64,000 nucleotides of DNA from a virus (lineage: Duplodnaviria; Caudoviricetes): positions 1,182-65,181 of the IMG/VR virus record IMGVR_UViG_3300014733_000004, one strand, 5' to 3'. Each line of letters begins with the position of its first letter. Position 1 is the first letter of the stretch. Position numbers and translations under genes: made by a program. The notes beneath the pieces are model-generated. The model was not told the DNA's origin and ran no database searches. It saw only the letters and a program-made list of their open reading frames with translations. This document shows, one piece after another, positions 1 through 8,508 of the stretch.

Positions 1-372
1 GTAGCGCTCGACCGCTCGGACCAGCTCCAGCGCATCCAGGTTGGACACGCTGTACGAACGTTCCCAGGAAGCGGCCGTGATGAGGGCCATCGCCGTCGCC
101 GTGGGCATCTGCAGGCCCGCAGCCAGCGCTTTCGCGTTGGCCTGGGGATCGGCCGCGGCCGGGAGCGCTGGCGCGCGGGAGAGGGTGCCCGATGGCGGCA
201 GCAGGCGGCCGTCCCACTCGGCTCCGGGGCGCGGGAACGTGCTGCCGTGGCCACCGGGGCCGTTCCACTTCCAGCCCTTGGCCGTCTTGCACCATGCGCC
301 GCCGCCGGCGGAAGGGGCTTTCGTGCCGATCGGGGCGTTCTCGAGGGTAATTTGGGTTTCGGTCGTCGTCAT
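1..372 (-). CDS. Hypothetical phage protein, partial (runs off window start)
   Basis: Manual translation from ATG at 372 (MTTTETQITLENAPIGTKAPSAGGGAWCKTAKGWKW...) is open to base 1; overlaps the stop of the upstream gene by 4 nt. Confidence 0.7.
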   Translation of the reverse strand, partial: MTTTETQITLENAPIGTKAPSAGGGAWCKTAKGWKWNGPGGHGSTFPRPGAEWDGRLLPPSGTLSRAPALPAAADPQANAKALAAGLQMPTATAMALITAASWERSYSVSNLDALELVRAVERY

Positions 373-1256
373 GCGTGTGCCGGATTGCATTGAATGAGGA
401 GGTGAGAAGGGCAGGGCCACCGCAGCGACCCGTCGCCGGACGGGCAGGTGCACTGGCCGGGTTCCGGGCCGGCCTCCGCCGCCCCACCGTGCGCCGCGGC
501 CATGAACCGCCCGCGCACCGCGGCTTCGCCCTTGACCAGGTACACCAGCCCGCGGCGCAGGCGCATGAAGTCGTAGGGGGAGCCGGTCCACGCCCGCTCC
601 GCCACCCAGCCATGCTCGCCAGGGGCGGGGATCCAGTGCGTGGCGTCCATGGCTGGCGCTTCGGTGGACGGCGCTGGCGCGCGCTGCGTGGCCAGCAGCA
701 GCTGGAAGTGCCGCTCCAGGTACGCGCGCCGCGCCTCCTCGGGCGGCATCGGCTCCAGCTTGTGCTTGGCGCTGGGCGCGATCCCGTCGAGCGAGGGCCA
801 CCGGCCGCCATCGATGTGCATCAGGTCACGCTGCTCCGTGCGCAGCGCCACGAGGTCCGCGTGCTTGACCTCAGCGGGCGTGGCCGCAGGCAGCCCGAAC
901 TGCGCCAGGATGGCCGCCTCCACGCGATGCTCCAGCGCCTTGTACTGGGGCATGAGGCGCTTCAGCGGGCTCGACATGTCGCCCATCACGGCCTCCACGT
1001 CGTCGTGGTGCAGCGCGTGGTAGGCATGCTCCGGCGACACGAGGTGCGACACCAGCACGGCATGCTGCGCCACGCTGTAGAAGCCGCGGCAGTGCCCGGT
1101 GAAGCGGCAGAGGTGGGACAGCGCGTGCGCGATGTCCTCCACGCTGACGGGCGTGCTCTCGGGTTCGGCGAAGCTGAAGTACCGGCCCGAGGCCAGGAGG
1201 ATGGTGGGCCCGATCGCCTGATCCCGGGCTTCGAGTTGGGCGGTGGTTTCGATCAT
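369..1256 (-). CDS. HD-superfamily phosphohydrolase (YfbR-like 5'-deoxynucleotidase type) with C-terminal mosaic extension
   Basis: Motifs DIAHALSHLCRFTGH, YSVAQH, LHHDDVEAVMGD, VKHAD; start set at MIETT, which overlaps the previous stop. Confidence 0.85.
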   Translation of the reverse strand: MIETTAQLEARDQAIGPTILLASGRYFSFAEPESTPVSVEDIAHALSHLCRFTGHCRGFYSVAQHAVLVSHLVSPEHAYHALHHDDVEAVMGDMSSPLKRLMPQYKALEHRVEAAILAQFGLPAATPAEVKHADLVALRTEQRDLMHIDGGRWPSLDGIAPSAKHKLEPMPPEEARRAYLERHFQLLLATQRAPAPSTEAPAMDATHWIPAPGEHGWVAERAWTGSPYDFMRLRRGLVYLVKGEAAVRGRFMAAAHGGAAEAGPEPGQCTCPSGDGSLRWPCPSHLLIQCNPAHA

Positions 1257-1471
1257 GGTGTGTTTCCTTGGGGCGAGGGCTTGATGCCGAGCGTGCGGGG
1301 CCGCGAGAAGTACGCGGGCAGCTCGGCGGCGTTGTAGGCGTCCCAGAGCGCCTGCCCTTCCGGGCAACGGGTCTGGGTCTTGGGGCTCGCACCTGCGCCG
1401 ATGCAGGTGCCGCAGCCGGCGTGGTGGAGCAGGTAGGCCTTGTCGGCCGCTTCCCAGTCGGTCGCTGACAT
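1253..1471 (-). CDS. Hypothetical protein (72 aa, HxxxCxxC...C)
   Basis: GGAG SD upstream; overlap with next gene. Confidence 0.7.
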   Translation of the reverse strand: MSATDWEAADKAYLLHHAGCGTCIGAGASPKTQTRCPEGQALWDAYNAAELPAYFSRPRTLGIKPSPQGNTP

Positions 1472-1481
1472 GTGGGCTCCA

Positions 1482-1511
1482 GAAAAAAGGAAACCCGCCG
1501 GGAAGGCGGGC
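1482..1511 (-). terminator. Intrinsic terminator directly upstream of an RBS
   Basis: Minus strand GCCCGCC-TTCCC-GGCGGGT followed by TTCCTTTTTT. Confidence 0.75.
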
Positions 1512-1532
1512 TGTGGTGCGGGTGTGGCGGAG

Positions 1533-1733
1533 CTATGCCGTCGGCGCGGGCGCCGCGAAGATCGCCGCCCCGGCCGGGGTTGGTTGGTGGTCTATGCCCG
1601 AGACGAGGCAGCGCCGGTGGAGCGCCTGCATCGTCTCGGGGCGGTGGGCGGGCATGCGGCCCTGCAGCCGGGCGTGCAGCAGATTGCGCTGCGCGTTGGA
1701 CAGGCGAGGGCGGCCCTTGGTGGGGCTCTTCAC
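1533..1733 (-). CDS. Hypothetical protein (66 aa)
   Basis: GTG start overlapping the upstream stop (GTGA); MKSPTKGRPRLSNAQRNLL... Confidence 0.6.
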   Translation of the reverse strand: MKSPTKGRPRLSNAQRNLLHARLQGRMPAHRPETMQALHRRCLVSGIDHQPTPAGAAIFAAPAPTA

Positions 1734-3304
1734 GATCCGCCTTCCTGCGTCACGCCGCCCATGCGCCGGGCCCACCAATCCCGGCCCGAGTCGTCCGCGT
1801 TGTCTGCCTCCATCGCGACCATCAGCGCCAGCAGCGCCACCCGCGTGCGCCTCGACTTACCGCCACCGGGACCCGGGGTGCAGAACTCCACAGAGCCGAC
1901 TCCGCCCCCGCCGCACACGCTCACGTACACATCGTTGTCGCCGTCCAAGCCTACGCGGAGGGAGTCGCTGGGGCTCATGTCCCCGATGCGGCCCACGTCC
2001 CGCGCCTTCGGCCAAACGATCGGCGCGCCCTGCGGGGAGTCGGCGGCGCGGGTGGGCGTGTGCTCCGGCAGCGGGGAGTGCTTAGGCTTGGCGGCCTGCT
2101 TGGCGCGAATGGCCTCCACCTTCGTCCAGATGCGCGCCAGCTCCGTTTCGCCGGCCGCGTGCATGTCCAGCCCGTTGGCCAGGCACAGGGCCGCGAGCGT
2201 GACCATCACGCCGCCGACTTCCTGCGCCGGCTCGCCGACCGGGCGGCCGAACACATAGTTCACCAGCTGGTGCGCTTCGCTGGCACTGCAGCCGCAGGCC
2301 TGGACCAGCTCCAGCGTTTCCTCGAGGAATCGGTGGTTCCGCTCCTCGCGATCGCCCGCGATCGTGGAGCCGAAGCACTCCATGAGCCAGGGCTGCACGC
2401 GCTGCTGGAAGGGCGCAGGCTCCGCGGTCCAGTAGGCGGTAGCGTCGGGCCCGGCCGCCATGTCCACGCCGATCAGGCGGGGCGCGTCCGGAGCGGGGGC
2501 AGCGGCACCCCAGCGGGCCAGCACGGCCGATGCAATCTCCACGCTCTGGCGCCGAGTGCTGTGCCCGAGGGAGCGCACCAGCTCCGTGAGATCGTCCAGG
2601 CTCGGCGCTGCCCCTGCGGCGGGCGCCTGGGACGCTGCGGCGAGCATCCGCGCAAGATCGGCGGGGTAGAGCAACAGTGGGTTGTCCTTGTTGCCGTATG
2701 CAGGCACTTCGCGCGCGCCGAACCTCTTGGCGTGCCGGACTGCATCTGCAGGCGTAACGTCAGCGGGGAGCCGCCCGAAAGCTGCTCCCGCATCCGCCTG
2801 GGGGCGCGGAGCTGCAGCGCAATCGCACCAGCGCTCCACGTCCGTCAGCGCCAGCGACGCGGCCACACAGTCTTCTTCCTTAAGAGCGGTGGTGGCACGC
2901 TCCAGTGCTTCGCGCACGGCCTTGATGCCGGGCATTGGGGCGGGCTCGGCCTCCTGGGCGGCCGGGGCTGCGGCGCGTGCGAGCACGGCGATCTGCTTGA
3001 GCCGGCCTGAGACGGGGGATTGCTCCACGACCTCGCCGGCCAGCGCTCGGTCGATGTCGAGGCCGATGCGGCTGATCCGGCCCTTCAGAGCCTCGAGCGC
3101 TTCGGCGGAGGCGGTGACGGTCGAGGCCGCGAACGAGGCCCGGAGGTACTTCCGCCACCAGAACCTGTCCCTCTCCCCAGCCGGCGGGCCGTCGAAAAAC
3201 CAGCGGCCGAGGAGCATGCCGTTCCCGCACAGGAAGTTCACGACCGTCTGCAGGTTGGGCTGGGATGCCGCCCCGATGGCGGCCGTGGTGGTGTTCGTGT
3301 CCAT
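1730..3304 (-). CDS. Mosaic Ead/Ea22-like early protein containing a MazG-like nucleotide pyrophosphatase domain
   Basis: Modules joined by Ala/Pro linkers; central ERNHRFLEETLELVQAC...AQEVGGVMVTLAALC resembles the MazG EExxE/ExxD pattern. Confidence 0.7.
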   Translation of the reverse strand: MDTNTTTAAIGAASQPNLQTVVNFLCGNGMLLGRWFFDGPPAGERDRFWWRKYLRASFAASTVTASAEALEALKGRISRIGLDIDRALAGEVVEQSPVSGRLKQIAVLARAAAPAAQEAEPAPMPGIKAVREALERATTALKEEDCVAASLALTDVERWCDCAAAPRPQADAGAAFGRLPADVTPADAVRHAKRFGAREVPAYGNKDNPLLLYPADLARMLAAASQAPAAGAAPSLDDLTELVRSLGHSTRRQSVEIASAVLARWGAAAPAPDAPRLIGVDMAAGPDATAYWTAEPAPFQQRVQPWLMECFGSTIAGDREERNHRFLEETLELVQACGCSASEAHQLVNYVFGRPVGEPAQEVGGVMVTLAALCLANGLDMHAAGETELARIWTKVEAIRAKQAAKPKHSPLPEHTPTRAADSPQGAPIVWPKARDVGRIGDMSPSDSLRVGLDGDNDVYVSVCGGGGVGSVEFCTPGPGGGKSRRTRVALLALMVAMEADNADDSGRDWWARRMGGVTQEGGS

Positions 3305-3306
3305 GC

Positions 3307-3543
3307 TCAGTCTCCCCAGCAGCTCATTTCTTCATCCGCGGCGTAGGCGGGCGACTCCCACTCGGACGGGGCCGGCCCGTGCTCTTCTGCCTGCTGCTCG
3401 GCGCAGGCCTCGGCGCTAGCCTGGGCGAATCCCGCTTCCGTTTCGGGGTTGAGTCCGGCGCGCGTCACGAATCGTTCCGCGCATTGCTGCACCCAGGTGG
3501 CGCGGGCGGCAGTGTGGTCGGGGGTGGTGGTGTTCTCGGTCAT
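3307..3543 (-). CDS. Hypothetical protein (78 aa)
   Basis: Start MTENTT overlaps the upstream stop; acidic C-terminus. Confidence 0.65.
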   Translation of the reverse strand: MTENTTTPDHTAARATWVQQCAERFVTRAGLNPETEAGFAQASAEACAEQQAEEHGPAPSEWESPAYAADEEMSCWGD

Positions 3544-3779
3544 GGTCTGGTCCCTTTCGAAAGTGCGTGCGCCGTGTGGCGCGAGTAGGTGGCGACGGCG
3601 CGCCAATAGGCCGCCATGGGGCCCTTGCGGCGGCGCCATGCGTTCTCGGCTTCCACGTCGGCCTGGGCCCGCAGTTCGCGCAGCACGGCCTCCAGCGGAG
3701 CGCGCATGTCCGCGGGCAAGTTCAGCAGCGCGCGGCCCGCCGGGAGGCGGAGCAGGGGGTTCTCGTAGCCCATGGTCAA
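3540..3779 (-). CDS. Hypothetical phage protein (79 aa)
   Basis: Coupled start/stop overlaps on both sides; protein-like composition. Confidence 0.75.
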   Translation of the reverse strand: MTMGYENPLLRLPAGRALLNLPADMRAPLEAVLRELRAQADVEAENAWRRRKGPMAAYWRAVATYSRHTAHALSKGTRP

Positions 3780-4054
3780 TGGGTGGTCGGGGCTGGGGCT
3801 TCTGACGAGGCATCCAGCCTCGCGCGCTTGAATTCCTCCACCATCATTTCCACCAGTTGGATGGCTTGTTGGTGGCCGAAGTCGGCGGCCAGCGATCCCA
3901 TGCAGGATTGCAGGAAGCCGGCGTACAGGTGCGCCATGGCAGTGGCGTCGACCCCCGGCTGCTTCGATGCAGCCTCGATCACCGGCAGGCAGTGGTTGCC
4001 GAAAATCTCGTGGCCCAGGTCCAGCGGGGTGCCTTTGTAGATGTGCATCGCCAT
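3776..4054 (-). CDS. Hypothetical protein (92 aa)
   Basis: Helical protein-like ORF in operon order. Confidence 0.75.
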   Translation of the reverse strand: MAMHIYKGTPLDLGHEIFGNHCLPVIEAASKQPGVDATAMAHLYAGFLQSCMGSLAADFGHQQAIQLVEMMVEEFKRARLDASSEAPAPTTH

Positions 4055-4064
4055 GAAAAATCCT

Positions 4065-4253
4065 TCAGTGCCCGCAGGGCAGGCCTTGGCCCTCGGCGGG
4101 CCGGTGGGTGATAGGGGCGCCGCAGCTGGCGCAGCGCAGGTGGGTCTGGCGCTGCTGCCACCAAAGATCCCGCGCGCGGGCGGCGGCGCGCTGCGCGTCG
4201 GGCAGAGAAGCCCGTGCGCGGCTCTCGCTCAGGTAGTGGGCCGGCGTGCTCAT
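4065..4253 (-). CDS. Hypothetical protein (62 aa) with CxxC...C-H motif
   Basis: MSTPAHYLSE...CASCGAPITH...PCGH; ATGA overlap. Confidence 0.65.
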   Translation of the reverse strand: MSTPAHYLSESRARASLPDAQRAAARARDLWWQQRQTHLRCASCGAPITHRPAEGQGLPCGH

Positions 4254-4435
4254 GCCTGGGGCTCCGGGAAGAGCTCCACCCGGCCGTCCGGGTAGTGGAG
4301 GCGGTCGCCCATGCGGCTCGGGAGGTCGAGGGCGCGGTAGCGGCCGGCGGGGAGGCCGGGGGAGCGCCGCAGCTCGGTGCCTTGGTAGTCGCCGTCCGGC
4401 GGCGTGTAGGTCTGATCGTTGGGGGCTTGGGACAT
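4250..4435 (-). CDS. Hypothetical protein (61 aa)
   Basis: Follows a terminator/RBS unit; overlaps the next gene. Confidence 0.65.
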   Translation of the reverse strand: MSQAPNDQTYTPPDGDYQGTELRRSPGLPAGRYRALDLPSRMGDRLHYPDGRVELFPEPQA

Positions 4436-4444
4436 GGGGCTTCC

Positions 4445-4469
4445 AAAAAAATGCCCGCTTGTGCGGGCG
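4445..4469 (-). terminator. Intrinsic terminator
   Basis: Minus strand GCCCGC-ACAA-GCGGGC followed by ATTTTTTT. Confidence 0.8.
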
Positions 4470-4476
4470 GGTGGGT

Positions 4477-6024
4477 TTAGGAGGTGGGGCGCAGCGCGCG
4501 ATCAATGCGACGGCCCAGCCATGCGAACTTCGGGACGGCCCAGCTGTTGCCGAGGGCCTTGTAGCGGGGGCCGTCCGGGCATTCCTCCACGCTGGGGCCG
4601 CGCAACGTCATGCCGCGTTGTGCAAGCAGGGTTTCGTAGCTGATGCCCTTGCGGCCGGCCTCCTGGTAGGTGCGCCATGGGATGGCGGTGTAGCCGCGCG
4701 GGAAACCTTGCAGCGCCTCGCATTCCTCGGGGGTGAGCCGGCGCACCTGCATGCCTGTGGCCACGGCCTGGTGCCCGCCGCCGTTTTGATGGCTTCCCGC
4801 ATGCCCCATGGCGCGCATGGTCGACGCGATCTCTCCGACGCCGAAACCGGCCTGTCCCGATGCCTTGCAGTCGAAGGCGATGGCAGGCGGGTGTGCGCCG
4901 GCCGCCAGCGGGTGACAGGGGTCGCCTGCTCGCGGGTTGCTGCGGTTGGTCGCGCTGGTGATCTGCGTGGTGTCAAAGGCGACCAACTGCTGGTCGGCTT
5001 GATGCCCCGGGCTGTTGGTCTGCCCGCAACCGCGGCTCGATCGGGCGACCAGCGTGCCGGCTACGTCCGGGGCATAGGCCACCGGCACCAGCGGTGTGCC
5101 GCGCCCCGTGCCGTCCTCGCTGGCGTCGAAGCCCTCGCCGCGCAGAGTGTGCGCAGGTTGAACCAAGAATGTTTCGGTCTGAAAGTCGAGCCGCGATCCG
5201 CCAGGGTGTGCGCTCAGTGCGGTGGACACGTCGGTGCGTTGGCAGTTCTGGCCACCACCGAACGCTTCGATCAACTGGCCACGGTCGGGGTCGCTGACCC
5301 CGCCACGGCGGCCAGCGCTTGCTGTAAGGCTGCGGGAAGCTGCTTGCCCCGCTTGTCGGCTCGGCGCAGTATCCCGGCGCATGCCGTCCCACTCAAAAAG
5401 AACCGTGGCGGGATCGAACCCTTCTCGAGCACTTGCGACAACGAGCACACGGCGGCGTCGTTGGGCCACTCCGAAGTATTGGGCGTCCAGGGTCCGCCAG
5501 GCGACTGCGCGCCGGGGTCCATACACAGCACCAGCGTTCGCCCATTTGCCCCCTGGCGGTTCCAGCGGGCCATCTTCGCCGGCAAGGCCTCCCAGAAAGC
5601 ACCCGAAGGCGTTGTCTTTGGTCGAGAGCACGCCGGGGACGTTCTCCCAGACGATGACGCACTCGTCTTCACCGCGTCCAGTTCGAACATGGTCAATTGC
5701 ATTGGCTATCTCCACGAATTTCAGGGTGAGGTTCCCGCGGGCGTCGTTCAGAGAGGCGCGCAGGCCGGCCACGCTGAAGGCCTGGCAAGGCGTGCCGCCG
5801 CAGAACACCTCGGGCGCCTTGACCTCGCCGGTGAGGATGGCGCGCGCGATCTGGGTCATGTCGCCCAGATTGGGCACATTGGGGTGGTGGTGCGCGAGCA
5901 CCGCGCTCGCGAACTTGTCGATCTCGGCCAGCCAGGCGGCGCGCCATCCGATTGGGTGCCAAGCGACAGAAGCGGCTTCAATGCCGCTGCAGACGCTGCC
6001 GAACTCGACATCTTTCAGGTCCAT
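4477..6024 (-). CDS. C5-cytosine DNA methyltransferase (orphan)
   Basis: Motif I SVCSGIEA, IV GGTPCQAFS, VI ENVPG, VIII QRRRRV, IX RRLTPEECEALQGFP, X YKALGNS. Confidence 0.95.
   Translation of the reverse strand: MDLKDVEFGSVCSGIEAASVAWHPIGWRAAWLAEIDKFASAVLAHHHPNVPNLGDMTQIARAILTGEVKAPEVFCGGTPCQAFSVAGLRASLNDARGNLTLKFVEIANAIDHVRTGRGEDECVIVWENVPGVLSTKDNAFGCFLGGLAGEDGPLEPPGGKWANAGAVYGPRRAVAWRTLDAQYFGVAQRRRRVLVVASAREGFDPATVLFEWDGMRRDTAPSRQAGQAASRSLTASAGRRGGVSDPDRGQLIEAFGGGQNCQRTDVSTALSAHPGGSRLDFQTETFLVQPAHTLRGEGFDASEDGTGRGTPLVPVAYAPDVAGTLVARSSRGCGQTNSPGHQADQQLVAFDTTQITSATNRSNPRAGDPCHPLAAGAHPPAIAFDCKASGQAGFGVGEIASTMRAMGHAGSHQNGGGHQAVATGMQVRRLTPEECEALQGFPRGYTAIPWRTYQEAGRKGISYETLLAQRGMTLRGPSVEECPDGPRYKALGNSWAVPKFAWLGRRIDRALRPTS
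5271..5702 (-). CDS. Nested +1-frame ORF (143 aa), putative methyltransferase beta polypeptide
   Basis: GGAG-7nt-ATG inside the MTase gene; segment SLSQVLEKGSIPPRFFLSGTACAGILRRADKRGKQLP resembles the post-motif-VIII region of C5 MTases. Confidence 0.7.
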   Translation of the reverse strand: MQLTMFELDAVKTSASSSGRTSPACSRPKTTPSGAFWEALPAKMARWNRQGANGRTLVLCMDPGAQSPGGPWTPNTSEWPNDAAVCSLSQVLEKGSIPPRFFLSGTACAGILRRADKRGKQLPAALQQALAAVAGSATPTVAS

Positions 6025-6040
6025 GCGGGCTCCAGAAACG

Positions 6041-6072
6041 AAAAAGGCCCGCGGCTAGGAAGCGGCGGGCCT
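6041..6072 (-). terminator. Intrinsic terminator upstream of the MTase RBS
   Basis: AGGCCCGC...GCGGGCCT stem followed by TTTT on the minus strand. Confidence 0.75.
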
Positions 6073-6117
6073 GGGCTGAGGAAGTAACATCGCGCTTTAC
6101 AAGAGAGAGGGCGAACC

Positions 6118-6783
6118 ATGAATGCAAATCAGCTTACGGAATCTCTGGCGCGGGCGGTGGAGATGGCGAAGCCTGCGCAGGAATACTGCATTGCAGCCAC
6201 CACTGATCAATGGTGGACTGTCTGTATGACCAAGGCTGAGTGGTCGGGATGGATGCAGGCGTTCTTTTCTGTGGTTGCGATCGGCTTCTCGGCATATTTC
6301 GCCTTGAAGCAACGTCGTGACATCGAGGCTGATCAAGAGCGCAGTCGGCATGCTCGTGAGGAAGAAGCAATTCGCACCTCCACCCTGCTAATTGAGAGTG
6401 CCAGCATGGCTGCTCGTCAGCTATTGGAGGTTGCTCGCAATCAAGGAGGGCGAGCGGAAATAATTGAGCCATCAGAGAAGCTGGCTGCTGCGCTAAGAGC
6501 TCTGCGGGTAATCGACCTCACGACTCTGGGTTCGCATGAGCAAGTCGCGCCGGTGCACGAATCGGAAGCGATAAGCGCAGCCATTAGTCGGCATGCCGAG
6601 CTTTATTTCGATGCCGCGAATATAAGCACAGCAGCATCGGGCAATTTTCTCTTTCACGCTGTCGATTTGGTTAATGCTTTATTAGAAGCCGAAAATAGAA
6701 TTTCCCAGCTACCGCAGTCGCCAAAGCGAGTCAGGGTTTTCCGTTCTCAGTCAACATATCAGCCGCCAACTTCTTCGCCATAG
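6118..6783 (+). CDS. Counter-oriented accessory (moron) membrane protein, 221 aa
   Basis: Visibly lower GC; hydrophobic segment WMQAFFSVVAIGFSAYFAL followed by a charged coiled region; opposite strand to neighbours. Confidence 0.8.
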   Translation: MNANQLTESLARAVEMAKPAQEYCIAATTDQWWTVCMTKAEWSGWMQAFFSVVAIGFSAYFALKQRRDIEADQERSRHAREEEAIRTSTLLIESASMAARQLLEVARNQGGRAEIIEPSEKLAAALRALRVIDLTTLGSHEQVAPVHESEAISAAISRHAELYFDAANISTAASGNFLFHAVDLVNALLEAENRISQLPQSPKRVRVFRSQSTYQPPTSSP

Positions 6784-6789
6784 ACGATG

Positions 6790-6811
6790 AAAGCCACCCA
6801 ACGGGGTGGCC
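6790..6811 (-). terminator. Terminator between convergent genes
   Basis: Minus strand GCCACCCC-GTT-GGGTGGC followed by TTT. Confidence 0.55.
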
Positions 6812-6850
6812 TCCATCGAGCTCTTTCATAGCGAGGCAGGGGCCGCTCTC

Positions 6851-7693
6851 TCAGGTGTTCGGCGTCCCGTTCAGAATCTGCAGGCCGGTGTCCTTGGCGA
6901 TCTGCTCGCGCAGCTCCTGCACCGCGCCCTCGATCACCTTGTGGGGGCGGATCAGTTCCAGCCACATCACCAGCGCGCCGCCATCCTGGATGCGGTAGCG
7001 CAGCCGCACGTCCACGCGCCACTTCGCCCCGTTCTCGAACACGGGGATGGCGAGGGTGAACTGCTCGGGCACCTGCAGCAGGCCCTGGCGCGCGCTGCCC
7101 TGCACGTCCTCGTTGTACGTGAACTGCGTGGAACCGTCGGCCAAGCGGATGGCGGACTTGAAATCCACCTTCTTTTTCGCCTCGAGCGTGCGGCACACCT
7201 CCAGCAGCGTGGAGCCGTCCGGGCTGCCCGGGTGGCCGTTGAACGGCTCCAGGAACGCCACGTCCATCAGGTTGTTTTCGATGAACTGCGCGAGGTCCAC
7301 CTGGTTCTGCTTCTTGCCGTCCATGCCGGTCCAGGCCGTCCACTCGGGGGCCAGCGGCGCGTTGTACCGCGCGCGGTGGTCACCCCACCCGGGCCCGTCT
7401 GCGTGGTGGTTGAAAACCGCCGTGAAGGTCGGCGGTGCGATGGTGCTGAACAGGCGGGTGCCCGAGCCCTTCTGGTCGTTCACGACGGTCACGAAGGACT
7501 CGGCATCGTTGAGCACGGTGGTGCCCTTCTTGCGCACCGGCACCGGCAGCGTTTCCGGCAGTGTCTTCGCCTCGAAGCCTTCGGGCAGGATCACCATCGG
7601 CATGCCGTTCACCACCCGCACGGGCTGGTGGGTCGCGGCGATGATTTCCTGCGCCGCGGTTTCGGTCTTGGTTTCGTTCAGGTCCATGGACAT
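6851..7693 (-). CDS. DUF2303 (YfdQ-like) family protein
   Basis: Family-like motifs: AVFNHH...GWGDHRARY, Q.DLAQFIENN, IPVFENG...LRYRI. Confidence 0.85.
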   Translation of the reverse strand: MSMDLNETKTETAAQEIIAATHQPVRVVNGMPMVILPEGFEAKTLPETLPVPVRKKGTTVLNDAESFVTVVNDQKGSGTRLFSTIAPPTFTAVFNHHADGPGWGDHRARYNAPLAPEWTAWTGMDGKKQNQVDLAQFIENNLMDVAFLEPFNGHPGSPDGSTLLEVCRTLEAKKKVDFKSAIRLADGSTQFTYNEDVQGSARQGLLQVPEQFTLAIPVFENGAKWRVDVRLRYRIQDGGALVMWLELIRPHKVIEGAVQELREQIAKDTGLQILNGTPNT

Positions 7694-7724
7694 TCCTTGA
7701 GGTGGACAGGTTGAGGAGGGGGGA

Positions 7725-8156
7725 TCAGTGGGTGACGGCGCGCAGGGACTGTTTCGGCTCGGGCGCGACGGTGCGCACCTCGCCCTGCTGCTGGGCGATC
7801 GATTCCTGGGACACGTCGCGGACGCCCTCCAGGGTCTGCTGGCGCGGGTCGGTGCGCTGCAGGTTGTTGTCGGGGGTGGCGAAGAGGATGGTCTTGCCGC
7901 GCGTGGGCTGCGGCAGCTTCGTCTTCACGTCGGCTTCGAGTTCCATCTGGCCTGCCTTCCCGCCGATCGGGCGCATCTTGATCTTGATGACCAGCTCGCC
8001 GGCCTTGCCGGTTTCGGTGGTGGCGTGCACCAGGTCGTTGAGGGCGTCGGTCGCTTCCTCGGCCACGCTCGGCACGGCGTTCTTGAGGAAGTCGACCACC
8101 GACTGGCGCTTGGCCTGCAGGGTGGGGTTGATGAGCTTGGGCACGGTGCTCTCCAT
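7725..8156 (-). CDS. Hypothetical protein, usual partner of DUF2303 (YfdP-like)
   Basis: TGKAGELVIKIK...KTKLP...ILFATPDNNLQRTDPRQ; adjacent to DUF2303. Confidence 0.75.
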   Translation of the reverse strand: MESTVPKLINPTLQAKRQSVVDFLKNAVPSVAEEATDALNDLVHATTETGKAGELVIKIKMRPIGGKAGQMELEADVKTKLPQPTRGKTILFATPDNNLQRTDPRQQTLEGVRDVSQESIAQQQGEVRTVAPEPKQSLRAVTH

Positions 8157-8197
8157 GTGATGGCCCGCGCGGCGGGCCGGTTGAGGGAAGGGGGCGA

Positions 8198-8491
8198 TCA
8201 GCGGGCGCGCAAGCACTGCACCGTGGTGCTGTCGATCCACGCGGGCGTGGTGCCGGGCTCGCACGCGCGGGCCGCTGCGGCGGCGCGGCGCTCCTCTGCG
8301 GCTTCGACGTGCGCCTGTTCGGCCGCCGCGCGGTGGCGCGTGTCTGCTTGGCTGTCGTCGTGCTGGGCCCAGACCACCAGCCCGGCGGCAACAAGGGCCA
8401 GGAAGGCCGTGCCGATCGAAGTGGTCGGGGTGGCAGGGGCTGGGGCTGGGGCTTGCGCGGTGTCGCGCATCGCGGGGTGATGAACGTCCAT
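8198..8491 (-). CDS. Small membrane protein (97 aa)
   Basis: GGAGA SD; TM segment IGTAFLALVAAGLVVWA. Confidence 0.7.
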   Translation of the reverse strand: MDVHHPAMRDTAQAPAPAPATPTTSIGTAFLALVAAGLVVWAQHDDSQADTRHRAAAEQAHVEAAEERRAAAAARACEPGTTPAWIDSTTVQCLRAR

Positions 8492-8508
8492 GGGTGTCTC
8501 CGGTGGGG

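Noticed and set aside
369-3304. Z-genome pathway (DatZ-like HD plus MazZ-like MazG)
   Set aside because: No PurZ or dedicated polymerase in the window, and both domains are of common temperate-phage types.
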